Shown one piece after another: positions 32,468-43,070 of a stretch of 64,000 bases of DNA (its first letter is position 1; each line of letters starts with the position of its first letter). Origin of the DNA: Nostoc sp. GTDB taxonomy: Bacteria > Cyanobacteriota > Cyanobacteriia > Cyanobacteriales > Nostocaceae. Made by a program: the position numbers and the translations under genes. The stretch is from the NCBI GenBank assembly GCA_036918135.1, contig JBALDB010000028.1:192001-256000 (forward strand), written 5' to 3'. Below the pieces are notes generated by a model. It saw only the letters and a program-made list of their open reading frames with translations. It was not told where the DNA came from and did not search any database.

Positions 32468-35400
32468 TTACTCAAGCTTAGGGTTAGTCGCTGGTATTAC
32501 CTTGAAGCTGGCGATTTTCCAAGGCTGTATTGTCAAGATTTGTTGCTCAGATGAGAATTCAGGAGTAGTAGTAGGAGAACGTTCTAACAAATCTACCGTA
32601 TTTCCTAGACTCATTCCTAAATCGCTTTGCAAAGATAACTCGGCTGTTTCTCCATGACATTCATAACACCGCAAAATTAATTGCTGTGGGTCATCTTCTG
32701 CTGGCTTCAAAGCCATCAAAACGAGATTTTGAGATGATAAATCCAAAAAACTTGCTGAGTGTTGAGTGTTGAGTGTTGAGTGTTGAGTGTTGACTGGGTT
32801 TAGTATCACTTGTAAGGGTATATTCAATTCATAGCCACGCTGCACTGTATGGGCTGCTTCCCAGCTACTTGCGTGGGGATACAAGGCATACGTAAATTCA
32901 TGCAAACCCCGGTCAGCCTCTGGATCTGGCCAATTGGGACTGCGTAGTAGTGTCAGGCGTAATTGATTGGCTTTGGCATCGTAACCATATTTACAATCAT
33001 TTAACAAACTGATACCGTATAAACCTTCGTTTGTCTTTCCTGTTAAATCAGCCCAACGCAAGGCAGAGACTTCCCATTTTGCTTGTTCTGCGGGGGTTTG
33101 CGGTTTAGTTGTCCGGCGAATTGCGCTACAGGGAATTTCGTAAGTAGCAAAGTCTGCTTCAATGTTGAGAGGAAAAGTAGCTTTCACTAATACCTGATTT
33201 TCTCGCCAATTAACCCTAGAGGAAATTTTTAGCACAGGCGAACCGACTTGGAGAATATAATCTTGGCAGAATTCTGATTCGCCCAACTGACGAACTACGC
33301 GCAAACGATTTTCTACCACACCTTGTTCTACCCACTCAATAGATAGAAGATTTGTTGAGGGTAAGGGATGCTGAGTGTAATTGGGGTCTATATTCCAAGC
33401 ATCCCAATATTGACCGCTGTCTTTAAAAGCTTGTAGTTGATTCCCTGCACCACTCAAAATTTCGCGTTGACAAGTTTTGTCAATAACACTTGATAAATCT
33501 CCTGTGTCAGGATTGACAATAACTCGGAGGAATTCATTTTCTAGAACCCATTCTGGGGATGAGGGGGATGAGGGAGATAAGACGGATGAGGGAGAAAGCC
33601 AAAAAAGACGGTAGCCTACAGGTGGGATGTCGGCGGCGAGAAATAGTAGGTTGGATGGTTGAGATAATTGGGAAATAAGCAGTTTGCCAGAAGCATCGTA
33701 AATCTGCCATTGTTGGGTAGCTGTTGCTGGTGTGGGTAAGGTGATAGAAACTACCTCAGAACGCTGCCAATTGAGAGAATTAAAAATGAAAATAGGTAAA
33801 CTATTGGGCTTTGGTGGTTGCGGTAGGGTAATGTGAGATGCGATCGCCAGCAATGATTCCTGTAATATCTTTGTTCCCACTGCTTCGATTTGTTGCCATT
33901 GAGGCAAGGCATCCTGATAAACTTCGGTAATGGAAGAACCAGGCAAAATATCGTGAAACTGTTGAAATAATAGCTGTTTCCATGCTGCTTCAATTTCCGC
34001 TTTTGGATAAGTCACCTCACAGGTGATGTTTGCCAAAGTTGCAAATAGTTCAGCTTCATACAACAAAACTTCACAACGACGATTCTGGCGTTTTTGGTCT
34101 GCATGGGTAGTGTAGCAACCGCGATGGAATTCGAGGTATAATTCGTCGTTCCAAGTGGGGAAGGGAACAGGAGATGAGGGAGAACAACTACTGAGTTGTG
34201 AATTCTGACTTCCGACTTCTGCCTTGATTTGCTGTAAATACTTTTCGGCAGTGGTAAATTTTAAGTCTGGGAAGAAAGGTGACTTTTGCCAGCGTTGGGC
34301 GGTTTCTAACATATCACGGGTGGGGCCGCCGCCGTGGTCGCCGACACCAGGAAGCCAGAGAGAATCTGGTAAATCAGTTTGGCTTTGCCACTCTAGAGCA
34401 TATGATGCCATTTTAATTGGGTCGATCGCTTCACCGATGCGTGCAGACATCAAACTAAAGACTTGGCTACCATCAGGCGATCGCCACCAAAAAGCACCAT
34501 AATCAAATTTAGTAGTATCATTCCAACATAACTTTTGGGTGACAAAATACTCAATTCCGGCGTTGGCGAAAAACTGCGGTAAAGTTGCACAAAAACCAAA
34601 AGAATCTGGAACCCAGACCACAGTTGAAAGTTTGCCAAATTTTGTTTGTACGTATCGCTGACCATACAATAGCTGACGCACAATCGATTCACCAGCAATT
34701 AAGTTCAGTTCCGGTTCTACCCACATTCCGCCGACAACTTCCCAACGTCCGGCTGCTACTTGTGCTTGAATTTCGCTAAATAAATCCGGGCGATGTTCTT
34801 CAATCCAAGCATAAAGCGCCGGAGTCGAATGACAGAAAATTAACTCTGGAAAATCTGCTTGCAACTTCAAAACCGATGCAAAAGTGTTTTGGGCTGCATT
34901 CCAAGTTTCACTCACAGGCCACAACCATGCTAAATCTAGATGAGCATGACCCAGTAAGTAGATTTTAGATTTAAGATTCCCCCAACTCCCCTTCAAATAG
35001 GGCGCTAAGATTTCAGAGTCAATCAAGTTTTGCCTTAATGACTTTATTAATTCCGGCTTTGCATCTGGGCGGTTGGTTACCTCTTTCACCGTCTTTACCA
35101 AAACATCCAACTTGTCTGGTGCAAAGTTTTGCAAATAAAGTTGCAATACAGCCAACTCATCAGCCACAAAACCCGGATCGGGATTATTATCATCATTAGA
35201 CTCATAGACAAGGAGCGATCGCACTAAAGCACCATCACAATGTCCTGGACTGACTAAGCGCACAGTCACAATAAATTCTTCCCCTGGTGTTACCGCGCGA
35301 CTCAAAAGCACTCTCGGTGAAGAATCAAATAAATCTCCCTCCAGCACTAACTCCCCATTCAGATAAATTTTGGCAGAATCAGCCCACCAAACTAACGCCA

Positions 35401-35677
35401 GGTGCAAAGATAAACCAGCTAAAGGATAACCCTCTAAATTTTGGGGAATCACCAATTTTTGCATTAGCCATAGTACTTTTTTTCCGCCTGTCCAAGCAAT
35501 ATGGTCTTTAGCATTCAACTGCACAGTTTGCCAATCTGAAGCTGCAACATCGCTAATGATTTCCTCAGATTCTCTGTATAACCAGCTAGACTGAAGATTA
35601 ATTTCAGAAAAAGAGCGCAGTTGCTCAATGGCTTGTGAGATTAAATCGGTCTGAGATTGAGAGATAATTTGGCTCAT
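32468..35677 (-). CDS. Alpha-mannosidase (GH38)
   Basis: GHAHLDLAWLW, WVPDSFG, GVGDHGGGP, ELYLEFHRG, QFHDILPGSSI; likely start MSQIISQ at 35677. Confidence 0.95.
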   Translation of the reverse strand: MSQIISQSQTDLISQAIEQLRSFSEINLQSSWLYRESEEIISDVAASDWQTVQLNAKDHIAWTGGKKVLWLMQKLVIPQNLEGYPLAGLSLHLALVWWADSAKIYLNGELVLEGDLFDSSPRVLLSRAVTPGEEFIVTVRLVSPGHCDGALVRSLLVYESNDDNNPDPGFVADELAVLQLYLQNFAPDKLDVLVKTVKEVTNRPDAKPELIKSLRQNLIDSEILAPYLKGSWGNLKSKIYLLGHAHLDLAWLWPVSETWNAAQNTFASVLKLQADFPELIFCHSTPALYAWIEEHRPDLFSEIQAQVAAGRWEVVGGMWVEPELNLIAGESIVRQLLYGQRYVQTKFGKLSTVVWVPDSFGFCATLPQFFANAGIEYFVTQKLCWNDTTKFDYGAFWWRSPDGSQVFSLMSARIGEAIDPIKMASYALEWQSQTDLPDSLWLPGVGDHGGGPTRDMLETAQRWQKSPFFPDLKFTTAEKYLQQIKAEVGSQNSQLSSCSPSSPVPFPTWNDELYLEFHRGCYTTHADQKRQNRRCEVLLYEAELFATLANITCEVTYPKAEIEAAWKQLLFQQFHDILPGSSITEVYQDALPQWQQIEAVGTKILQESLLAIASHITLPQPPKPNSLPIFIFNSLNWQRSEVVSITLPTPATATQQWQIYDASGKLLISQLSQPSNLLFLAADIPPVGYRLFWLSPSSVLSPSSPSSPEWVLENEFLRVIVNPDTGDLSSVIDKTCQREILSGAGNQLQAFKDSGQYWDAWNIDPNYTQHPLPSTNLLSIEWVEQGVVENRLRVVRQLGESEFCQDYILQVGSPVLKISSRVNWRENQVLVKATFPLNIEADFATYEIPCSAIRRTTKPQTPAEQAKWEVSALRWADLTGKTNEGLYGISLLNDCKYGYDAKANQLRLTLLRSPNWPDPEADRGLHEFTYALYPHASSWEAAHTVQRGYELNIPLQVILNPVNTQHSTLNTQHSASFLDLSSQNLVLMALKPAEDDPQQLILRCYECHGETAELSLQSDLGMSLGNTVDLLERSPTTTPEFSSEQQILTIQPWKIASFKVIPATNPKLE

Positions 35678-35777
35678 ATTTTCGCTAAAATGAGGGCACA
35701 CAATCATTAACAGTTTGTGATTTTTATTTGGCGGGAGTCTCACAACTAAACAAGACTCAAACTCAAAAATTACTACT

Positions 35778-37436
35778 ATGGCTTCTGGTTCTTCTAGTCA
35801 TTATCAAAGCAGACTATTTAATTTTGTTCGCCACCAATCTCGGCGGTTGACACATCAGTGGGAACACACCTTCCGGCATTTGCAAGTTGCTACTAAGTGG
35901 GGTGTAGAATTACTACTTTATCCAGTGTATCTACTGTTTCGGTCATCTGAATCCGATTCTAAAACGCTACACAGCCAAGAAGCACAATCTAGGCTCCAGT
36001 TACCATCAAATGATACCGAACAGCCGGAAACTTATTTAAATGTTGATACTCCCATTGAACATGTATTAGAAACAGTTTATTATCTGTCATCTCCAGAGGC
36101 GATGTCTACGGGCTATACCTACGCTACTCCTGAGAAAACCTCTGAATTTTTCAATCCTTTGAGCTTTTTAAGAGTTTTTTGGCAAAAACCTATCTCGAAG
36201 AACTCAACAAATAATACTAATATTATTCATTCCTCAACTATTACAGACAATTTTGCTGCTATCGAATCTTCACAGCCAGAAAATGCTCTTAAACAGCATC
36301 TTGCAGTCATCCAGGGAATCGCAACAAATTTATTGAATCGAAATTTGGTACTTGTCACGACTAAGAATGAAATTCTCGATATTTTGACACCCGAACAGCA
36401 GGCAAAATTAGAAGACCGAATTATTACCGAAGTTAGTGATTACTGGCAGTATTGGCGATTGGCTGAAGCTAGAAAACAAAAAGAATTATTACCAAAAATT
36501 GACAGTTTATTGGCAAAACTTACTGGAGAGAATCCAGCTAAGATTCCAATCTTATCTGAGGCAATATCAAATAAGTTACCCCAATCCAATAAATTGCTAA
36601 CATTTTTAGATGTAACTATTGCCAAATTAGAATCAAATGCTTTAGTACCCGTTCAACAACGTAGCCAAGAAATTGTCCAAGCTGCCCAAAATCAGTTAAA
36701 TATATTTCTTTATCGAAAAGAACAGTTATCTGCTAAAGGAGAAATTGCAGTCACGCCTGATGATTTAGAAACTTCTACACGGAATTTTCAGGCTATAATT
36801 GAAGCGGCACTTAATTACTTTTTTGGTGTTGGTACTAGAAAAAAACTTGAGCCAACAACCACTGATGAACAGCCAGATAAAATATTATCTAGTTACCCGA
36901 CAAAAGCTTTATCTCAAAGCTGTCAGTTGCAAAACCAAGATTTAACAGACGATCCCTGGTTAACATGGAATGATTTGTTTGGTAACACCGATACGGTTAC
37001 TGAAAAGTCAGTTACACCTTCTGAAAACACAACTCCTGCTCTAGCTTCAAGTTTATCAGCAAAACTTTCTTGGCCAAAGAATTTAACTCTACAACAGCCG
37101 AAAGCAAAATCTAGTTTAGTACAAAGGAAAAAAACAAGTCGTCATCTCGCCTCAGTTTCCAAAACATCTGCAAAAGTCACTGCTATTCAACAAACTCAAG
37201 CAGCCATGCAATCTGATAGCGAAACTCATAAAGGAGAAATTTTTCAACAGCAGTTTTCTCAAAGTACTGAAGTTGAAGCACAGCCAGACTGGATAGAAAT
37301 CAAAGCAACTGTAACAGGTTATGAGAAGCACCCTTTAGAGAAAATTCTGGAATGGCTTGATTATGTTATGCTTTGGTTAGAAGAAATATTTGTGAAAATT
37401 TTTCAGTCATTACAACGAGTGTGGCAAGCTAAATAA
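35778..37436 (+). CDS. Conserved cyanobacterial hypothetical protein
   Basis: 552-aa ORF; YQSRLFNF...WGVELLLYPVY at the N-terminus and GYEKHPLEKILEWLD at the C-terminus. Confidence 0.75.
   Translation: MASGSSSHYQSRLFNFVRHQSRRLTHQWEHTFRHLQVATKWGVELLLYPVYLLFRSSESDSKTLHSQEAQSRLQLPSNDTEQPETYLNVDTPIEHVLETVYYLSSPEAMSTGYTYATPEKTSEFFNPLSFLRVFWQKPISKNSTNNTNIIHSSTITDNFAAIESSQPENALKQHLAVIQGIATNLLNRNLVLVTTKNEILDILTPEQQAKLEDRIITEVSDYWQYWRLAEARKQKELLPKIDSLLAKLTGENPAKIPILSEAISNKLPQSNKLLTFLDVTIAKLESNALVPVQQRSQEIVQAAQNQLNIFLYRKEQLSAKGEIAVTPDDLETSTRNFQAIIEAALNYFFGVGTRKKLEPTTTDEQPDKILSSYPTKALSQSCQLQNQDLTDDPWLTWNDLFGNTDTVTEKSVTPSENTTPALASSLSAKLSWPKNLTLQQPKAKSSLVQRKKTSRHLASVSKTSAKVTAIQQTQAAMQSDSETHKGEIFQQQFSQSTEVEAQPDWIEIKATVTGYEKHPLEKILEWLDYVMLWLEEIFVKIFQSLQRVWQAK
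36099..36124 (+). repeat. SDR5-like insert in a HIP1 site, in frame within a CDS
   Basis: GCGAT + 18 nt GTCTACGGGCTATACCTA + CGC; related to 42495-42523. Confidence 0.7.
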
Positions 37437-37605
37437 TGAATCGTGATTCATAATTAATAAATTCAGATTTAATCAGGGTTTCAGGTTGAAATTTGTAGCT
37501 CTATTTTGAATTGTTGGTATAAACTGGTAGACATTAAACTTTCAAAAAATCGATAATTGAGGTTTTAAATTTTGAATTGTTTAGTGTTATTGGTGGCTTA
37601 CTGAA

Positions 37606-37902
37606 GTGAAAATTATTGTTTACTGTAAATATTTCAATTTCAAAAATCCACTAGATAAACCAAAAATTGAAACGTTTGTAGTGGATGTATCTCAAATTCC
37701 TCAAGTGGGTGAAACAATTGTAATTGAGAGAATTTCACCCCAAAAGCAGTTTGTAATTATTTTTGAGTACGTAGTTACAGCAGTTCAGTTTAATGCTTCT
37801 AGAAAATCGGCTGATTCAGCAGATGCTCAAGTGAGCGCATTTTTAAACCACTGTTGGGAAGGAACATCAAATTTCCAAATTACAAACTTTTTAGAAAAAT
37901 AA
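37606..37902 (+). CDS. Hypothetical protein
   Basis: 98-aa ORF with GTG start; IPQVGETIVI motif. Confidence 0.55.
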   Translation: MKIIVYCKYFNFKNPLDKPKIETFVVDVSQIPQVGETIVIERISPQKQFVIIFEYVVTAVQFNASRKSADSADAQVSAFLNHCWEGTSNFQITNFLEK

Positions 37903-37906
37903 TTGG

Positions 37907-38962
37907 TCAGCACAACATGTGATTGAGGAAATGATGTAACAGTTTCAAGCCTGTTGGTTCCTGATAATTAGTTGGTAACAGAGCAAGCATTGCTTTTTGT
38001 AGAGTTTCCAAAGCTACATCTACTTCTTGTCGCTTTGGTCTAGTTGTTGAGGCAAAGTGTAACGGTTCACCCACTTTTATAGTTAACTTTTTTCCTAAAA
38101 ATAGGTCATGAGTTCCAATTACTGCAACTGGAATAATCGGTACGCTAGCACGCAAGGCATAAATTATCGTCCCACGCTTCAACGGCAGATGCAACTGAGC
38201 CTCAGCAGTTCCCAATCGTCCTTCAGGAAAGATAATCATCCCATCGCCACGAGCCAAAATTGCAAGAATAATCCGCTCTATCTGGCGCAATGTCTGTATA
38301 TCTTGCCCTGTGGCTACTATCTGTTCAATTGCTGCGGCTAGCTCAACTAAATCTTCCCTTCCGGCTTTAGCGGCTTTGATAACAGCAACTTCTTCTTTCC
38401 ATACCCGTTTTAAAGGAATTACACCTCCTGTAAAACCAAGAATGAAGCGCTTCCACCACTTGTTATAAAGAGTACGAGCGTCGCCCAAGATATAGTAACA
38501 CGGTTGGGTGGGAAGTTCGGCTAACAAAAGTAATGGATCGAGATGGTGGAGATGGTTGGCTGCTAAGATTGCTGGTTGCTGAGGTATCCTTTCGAGGTGT
38601 TCAACCCGGACTCGAAAAAGAGTATGAATAAGCGATCGCATGACAAACCGACGCAGCCAAGAATTAACTCTCGGTTGAGAATCCTGTTGATTAATGGCTT
38701 GAAGACGATTGAGAGTTTCCTCAACAATCCGGCGAACAGCGCGATCGCCAGCTGCGGCTACACCCTCTTTTACTCGCTGGATGCTAGCATCAGTCAGTAA
38801 TGGAATTTCTAATTGTCTACTATCTTCCTGCTGATGACTCGATTTTAAGTCAGGTATTTTTTCACTGGTATGAACTTGGGAAGTTACCCCATCAGCTAGG
38901 TCTTCCCGAACACAGTCGTCAGAAGAACTTTCGGATTGCAACCTCTTTGAATTCATAAGCAA
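37907..38962 (-). CDS. Lysophospholipid acyltransferase (PlsC-like)
   Basis: AANHLHHLD (HxxxxD), IFPEG, PIIPVAVIG. Confidence 0.9.
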   Translation of the reverse strand: MLMNSKRLQSESSSDDCVREDLADGVTSQVHTSEKIPDLKSSHQQEDSRQLEIPLLTDASIQRVKEGVAAAGDRAVRRIVEETLNRLQAINQQDSQPRVNSWLRRFVMRSLIHTLFRVRVEHLERIPQQPAILAANHLHHLDPLLLLAELPTQPCYYILGDARTLYNKWWKRFILGFTGGVIPLKRVWKEEVAVIKAAKAGREDLVELAAAIEQIVATGQDIQTLRQIERIILAILARGDGMIIFPEGRLGTAEAQLHLPLKRGTIIYALRASVPIIPVAVIGTHDLFLGKKLTIKVGEPLHFASTTRPKRQEVDVALETLQKAMLALLPTNYQEPTGLKLLHHFLNHMLC

Positions 38963-39294
38963 ATCATAGTTCTTGTTCGCCTAGTATAAAACAACCCGCA
39001 GTTATAAGCTGGGGATTGGGAGTGTTGACTGTTGAGTAAGTCCTGTATAATTCTCTCCAGTCTGCAATTCCCAGTAGCCAGTTTCTAATACAGCAGTTTT
39101 CATTCACATGAAGTACAAAGTTACAGGTTTTGAGGCAGGAGGAACCCACGTTTTAAAACCTGGGACTAAGTAAGTGGACACTTTGCATCTCAAGGACTTT
39201 CCGCTCGTACCAGTATCCTCTTTTAAACTGAGTTTTATACTTAGAACTAAAATTTTACTTAATACTTCTTTCCTCCTGCCTCCTGCCCTCTGCC

Positions 39295-39326
39295 GACGCT
39301 CGCGGACTCGCTAACGCTGCGCTATC
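39295..39326. repeat. Small dispersed GC-rich palindromic element inserted in a CTGCCTC heptamer run
   Basis: GACGCTCGCGGACTCGCTAACGCTGCGCTATC; its reverse complement shares GATAGC...GAGCGTC ends with an insert in 31085-31317. Confidence 0.6.
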
Positions 39327-39429
39327 CTGCCTCCTTTAGTAATTATTCCCAAGATTGGAAGCGATTTTCTTTACAATGTACCTTAATAAGCTAGTAAGAA
39401 AATGGTAAAAGGCGTAACAAATTAATCTG

Positions 39430-40326
39430 ATGCACCATCAAGAAGGTACATTTACAGGTGTTGGCAAGCTCGAACTGTATTACCAAAGCTGGTATCCAGA
39501 GGGTAAAGTGAGGGGAATATTAGCGATCGTACATGGATTGGGAGCGCATAGCGATCGCTACGATAACGTAATTCAACATTTAATACCCAAGCAATACGCT
39601 GTCTACGGTTTTGATTTGCGCGGTCATGGACGTTCGCCAGGTCAGCAAGGCTACATTAATCGTTGGAGTGAGTTTCGTGAAGATTTACGAGTCTTTTTAG
39701 AATTAATCAAAACCCAACAGCCACAAACCCCAATTTTTCTTTTAGGTCATAGCTTAGGCTCAGTGATTGTCTTAGATTATGCTCTGCGCTGTCCCCAAGA
39801 AGCATCTAGATTACAAGGTGTAATTACCTTAGCACCAGCTTTAGGAAAGGTTGGAGTGTCAAAAACCCGGTTACTCATAGGAAAATTGCTCTCACGAATT
39901 TGGCCGCGTTTCACTTTGAATACCGGACTCGATCTGTCTGCTGGTTCGCGAGATGAAAAAATTTTAGCCGCTTATGCCCAAGATTCTTTGCGCCATACTA
40001 GAGGCAGTGCCCGTCTAGCTACAGAATTCTTTGGTACCGTTGATTGGGTTAATGCCCATGCTGCTGACTGGCAATTACCATTGTTGATTCTCCACGGTGG
40101 AGCAGACCGAGTAACTCTACCTGAGGGAGGGAAAATTTTTTGTCAGCAGGTGAGTTGCTCAGATAAACTCAGAATCGAGTATCCAGGTGCTTATCACGAG
40201 CTGCAAAGCGACCTGAATTATCAAGAGGTAATGACTGATTTAGAAAATTGGTTGGAGCGACACTTACCAATTGAGAGAGCGCAACTCGGAACAGAAAGCG
40301 CTAATTTGGAGTTTCCTAGTTCTTAG
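39430..40326 (+). CDS. Alpha/beta hydrolase (lysophospholipase/monoacylglycerol lipase-like)
   Basis: VHGLG, DLRGHGRS, GHSLG, HGGAD, YHEL. Confidence 0.93.
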   Translation: MHHQEGTFTGVGKLELYYQSWYPEGKVRGILAIVHGLGAHSDRYDNVIQHLIPKQYAVYGFDLRGHGRSPGQQGYINRWSEFREDLRVFLELIKTQQPQTPIFLLGHSLGSVIVLDYALRCPQEASRLQGVITLAPALGKVGVSKTRLLIGKLLSRIWPRFTLNTGLDLSAGSRDEKILAAYAQDSLRHTRGSARLATEFFGTVDWVNAHAADWQLPLLILHGGADRVTLPEGGKIFCQQVSCSDKLRIEYPGAYHELQSDLNYQEVMTDLENWLERHLPIERAQLGTESANLEFPSS

Positions 40327-40501
40327 GTTTGAGTACACAAGGTTTGATTACTATATCGTCAACCAATGGCGGATTATCTATATCTTAGATAAATACTTCA
40401 GCATTTTTTCTAAGATGAGCAATTACAACTCAACAAAAGTGTAAAAATTTTCAAGGCTTAAGATGTTTTTATAGCAAATACGGTAAAGTTTGAGTCGGTA
40501 T

Positions 40502-41647
40502 TTACAAATCAAGCTTAAGTTGTATTGGGTCTTTCTGCTCAGGCTGCGGTTTTGTATCAGAATTAAAATTACTTACTTTGGAGTCATCGCTTGCAGGTAT
40601 ATCTGTATTTTGAGTCAAGCCTATATGTGGTTTAGCATCTTCAATTAAGTCTACAGGTGCCTTGGCATCTTTGGTCAAGATATAGTAAGCACCACGTCCT
40701 CCAATCCCCATTTGGTGTAGCAGTCCTCGATGGGTAAGTTTACTCAGTAAGTAGGTCGCTTGACGAACATTGATGCGGCATAAATCAGCTGTTTGTGTTC
40801 GTGTAATACGTTCATGCTTACTTATGTATTGCACAATCATCTGTTCCATCTGTAGTTCTTCAAAACCACGACGGCGAACGTATGCTGCTGGACGACCCAT
40901 TTGGCGATAAACTGAGGCACTAAGATGGTACTCTCGTTGCCGTGCAGTCTTGATTCGCTCTACCAAACCATTCTCCATCAATTCTTCAAGGACGCGGCGA
41001 GCATTGGACTCTCCTTTTTGAGTCAGACGCCCTGCTTCAACGATATTTATTTCTCCTTCTTGCCTAAGATAATTGAGGAGTATTAGTTCATCCAAGGTAA
41101 GCAGCCGTTTTAGTCGCCTCTCCTCAGCTAAAATAATTTTTACAAAATCTAAATCAGCTTTTCCACCAGGTAGCCGAACGATGACATTTGAATTGGTAGT
41201 AGCGGAATAATCTGGCAGTGGATGTCCAGTGCGTAATTGACCAGAATATATAAGTCCTTGAGGTTTTCCACGCGTATCTAATCGACGTATCAGCGTTCGA
41301 CCACTGCTTGTTGATACTAATTGCAGTGCAGTGGGTACGTTTATTACAGCCACGCGTCCTTCAGGCAAATCAATCATTGCCGTTTCTACGGACAGAGATG
41401 GTGTTGTTTTACTTGCTATCAAAGCAGACAACAAACCTGGAGAAGATTCTGCAAGCTTTTGATTTAAGCCTGTTATACAGCCATCATCCTCCACACCAAT
41501 AACTAGTTTGCCACCATGCTTGTTAGCAAGGCATACTACAGCATCTACCAATTCATTCTCAGGTAGTGGTTTGCGATCGCTCTTAAACTCTACAGTAAGA
41601 GTTTCGCCATCACCTATGAGTTTTATGAGTATTTCTGGAGTTATCAT
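40502..41647 (-). CDS. Schlafen/AlbA_2-domain protein with C-terminal HTHs, probably internally deleted
   Basis: GETLTVEFKS, VCLANKHGGKLVIGVEDDG; abrupt junction GKPQ|GLIYSGQLR; two wHTH-like regions. Confidence 0.75.
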   Translation of the reverse strand: MITPEILIKLIGDGETLTVEFKSDRKPLPENELVDAVVCLANKHGGKLVIGVEDDGCITGLNQKLAESSPGLLSALIASKTTPSLSVETAMIDLPEGRVAVINVPTALQLVSTSSGRTLIRRLDTRGKPQGLIYSGQLRTGHPLPDYSATTNSNVIVRLPGGKADLDFVKIILAEERRLKRLLTLDELILLNYLRQEGEINIVEAGRLTQKGESNARRVLEELMENGLVERIKTARQREYHLSASVYRQMGRPAAYVRRRGFEELQMEQMIVQYISKHERITRTQTADLCRINVRQATYLLSKLTHRGLLHQMGIGGRGAYYILTKDAKAPVDLIEDAKPHIGLTQNTDIPASDDSKVSNFNSDTKPQPEQKDPIQLKLDL

Positions 41648-41687
41648 GGCTATAGTATCCTAGCGATCGCATATTGAAAAATAACAA

Positions 41688-42131
41688 CTACAGTGTTGTT
41701 GGATCAACCGCTACAATTCCTTCAGACGCATAACGAACAAAATCTTTAGTATTGAATGTCAAAATATGCGTCACACTATTTGCCTTCATATTAGCAACGA
41801 GACGAGCATCATGCACTTGAACACCTGACACATTAAATGCGACAACAAGCTTACGCCACTCAGGGTAAATAGTAGGCATATCAGGTAACAATCGAAAGAG
41901 GCGCTCAATTAGTCGCAGTAGCCGATCTGCATCTATTGGTGTCAAACCAAATCCGTTTTTTGTGACTGGTCTTGTAGCAACATTCCAAAACTCAACGCAG
42001 TTTTGTGTCGTGATTTGCAGTGTATGTCCAGCGCGTCGCAATTTTCTGATTGCAGTTCGTGTTATTAAGTGTAGTGGGTGAGTGCGATCGACAAAACGCA
42101 GTAAAATATTAGTATCTATCAGGTACACCAC
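41688..42131 (-). CDS. PIN-domain (VapC-like) toxin
   Basis: YLIDTNILLR, VEFW, VHDARLVA, LTFNTKDF. Confidence 0.92.
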   Translation of the reverse strand: MVYLIDTNILLRFVDRTHPLHLITRTAIRKLRRAGHTLQITTQNCVEFWNVATRPVTKNGFGLTPIDADRLLRLIERLFRLLPDMPTIYPEWRKLVVAFNVSGVQVHDARLVANMKANSVTHILTFNTKDFVRYASEGIVAVDPTTL

Positions 42132-42133
42132 TG

Positions 42134-42472
42134 CTAAAGTTGATCCTCATAAATACTCTCACGAGTCACAGCATAATCTGATAACACAGGTAAATTTGAG
42201 CCGACGTTTGCAGCAAACTCGTCAGCTAATTTATCTGCAACTACTTCAAACTCTTCATCGTTAAGTTGACTTTGTGTGTGAAGCTTCGCCATCAACTGAG
42301 CGTGTTTTCGTTCTTGACCTTTTTGCTGTTGGTCTTCAAGGATTAGTTTTTGAAGATATTCACTGGCTGAACCATAACCGCCTTCAACAATTTGTTCCTC
42401 GATAAAAGCTTTCATCGACTCAGGTAAGGAAATCTTAAAGTTGGTCATATTTTGAGAGTTTGGGTGAACCAA
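42134..42472 (-). CDS. Antitoxin with ParD-like RHH N-terminus
   Basis: ISLPESMKAFIEEQIVEGGYGSASEY; C-terminal LSDYAVTRESIYED; 2 nt upstream of the PIN gene. Confidence 0.8.
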   Translation of the reverse strand: MVHPNSQNMTNFKISLPESMKAFIEEQIVEGGYGSASEYLQKLILEDQQQKGQERKHAQLMAKLHTQSQLNDEEFEVVADKLADEFAANVGSNLPVLSDYAVTRESIYEDQL

Positions 42473-42494
42473 TTTTATTTACTATGTTACCAAG

Positions 42495-42523
42495 GCGATG
42501 TCTACGACGGGCTACGCCTACGC
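42495..42523 (+). repeat. SDR5-like 21-nt element inserted in HIP1
   Basis: GCGAT-GTCTACGACGGGCTACGCCTA-CGC. Confidence 0.8.
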
Positions 42524-42549
42524 ATTTAGATTTGATGTAAACAGTAGAG

Positions 42550-42879
42550 TCAGTTATTTACATTATCTGAAAAATATGTCGCTGAGGATTGAGAGTTTTT
42601 CACAGCTAAGATAGGTTCTCCCTTTACTCCTCCACGGGTAAGAGTACAAATTTTATAAAGGTTTTCACACTCAAAGATTGCCAGAACTAGCTCTTTTCCT
42701 GTTTGGTAAGACGATGGTAAACGTTTACCTACCTCACATTTCATCTCAGTTTCATTGTCACACCACTGTAATTTCCAAATCCGCTTTTGAGTTATTGGTG
42801 CTTGGACAGACTGAGCCAGAGCATTATACACCTGTTCCGCTTTTACATCATCCTTGGCTGCGGGGACAAAAAACTTCAT
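42550..42879 (-). CDS. Hypothetical protein
   Basis: 109-aa ORF: MKFFVPAAKD...ICTLTRGG. Confidence 0.7.
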   Translation of the reverse strand: MKFFVPAAKDDVKAEQVYNALAQSVQAPITQKRIWKLQWCDNETEMKCEVGKRLPSSYQTGKELVLAIFECENLYKICTLTRGGVKGEPILAVKNSQSSATYFSDNVNN

Positions 42880-43070
42880 AAGCTTTGGTTATAAGTAACA
42901 TATTGTATTAAGTAAATCGGCCTAGATAATTATTTATCGTTGGAATAAGGCAATAGACACTCTTACAATAGGAATAAAGGTTTTAGTCTAGTTTGTTTTT
43001 CTTAACATAGTTTGATTTTCTTGTGCCAACTTACTTAGCACCAGCGTAACGCACTATTGATTCTAGCTTC

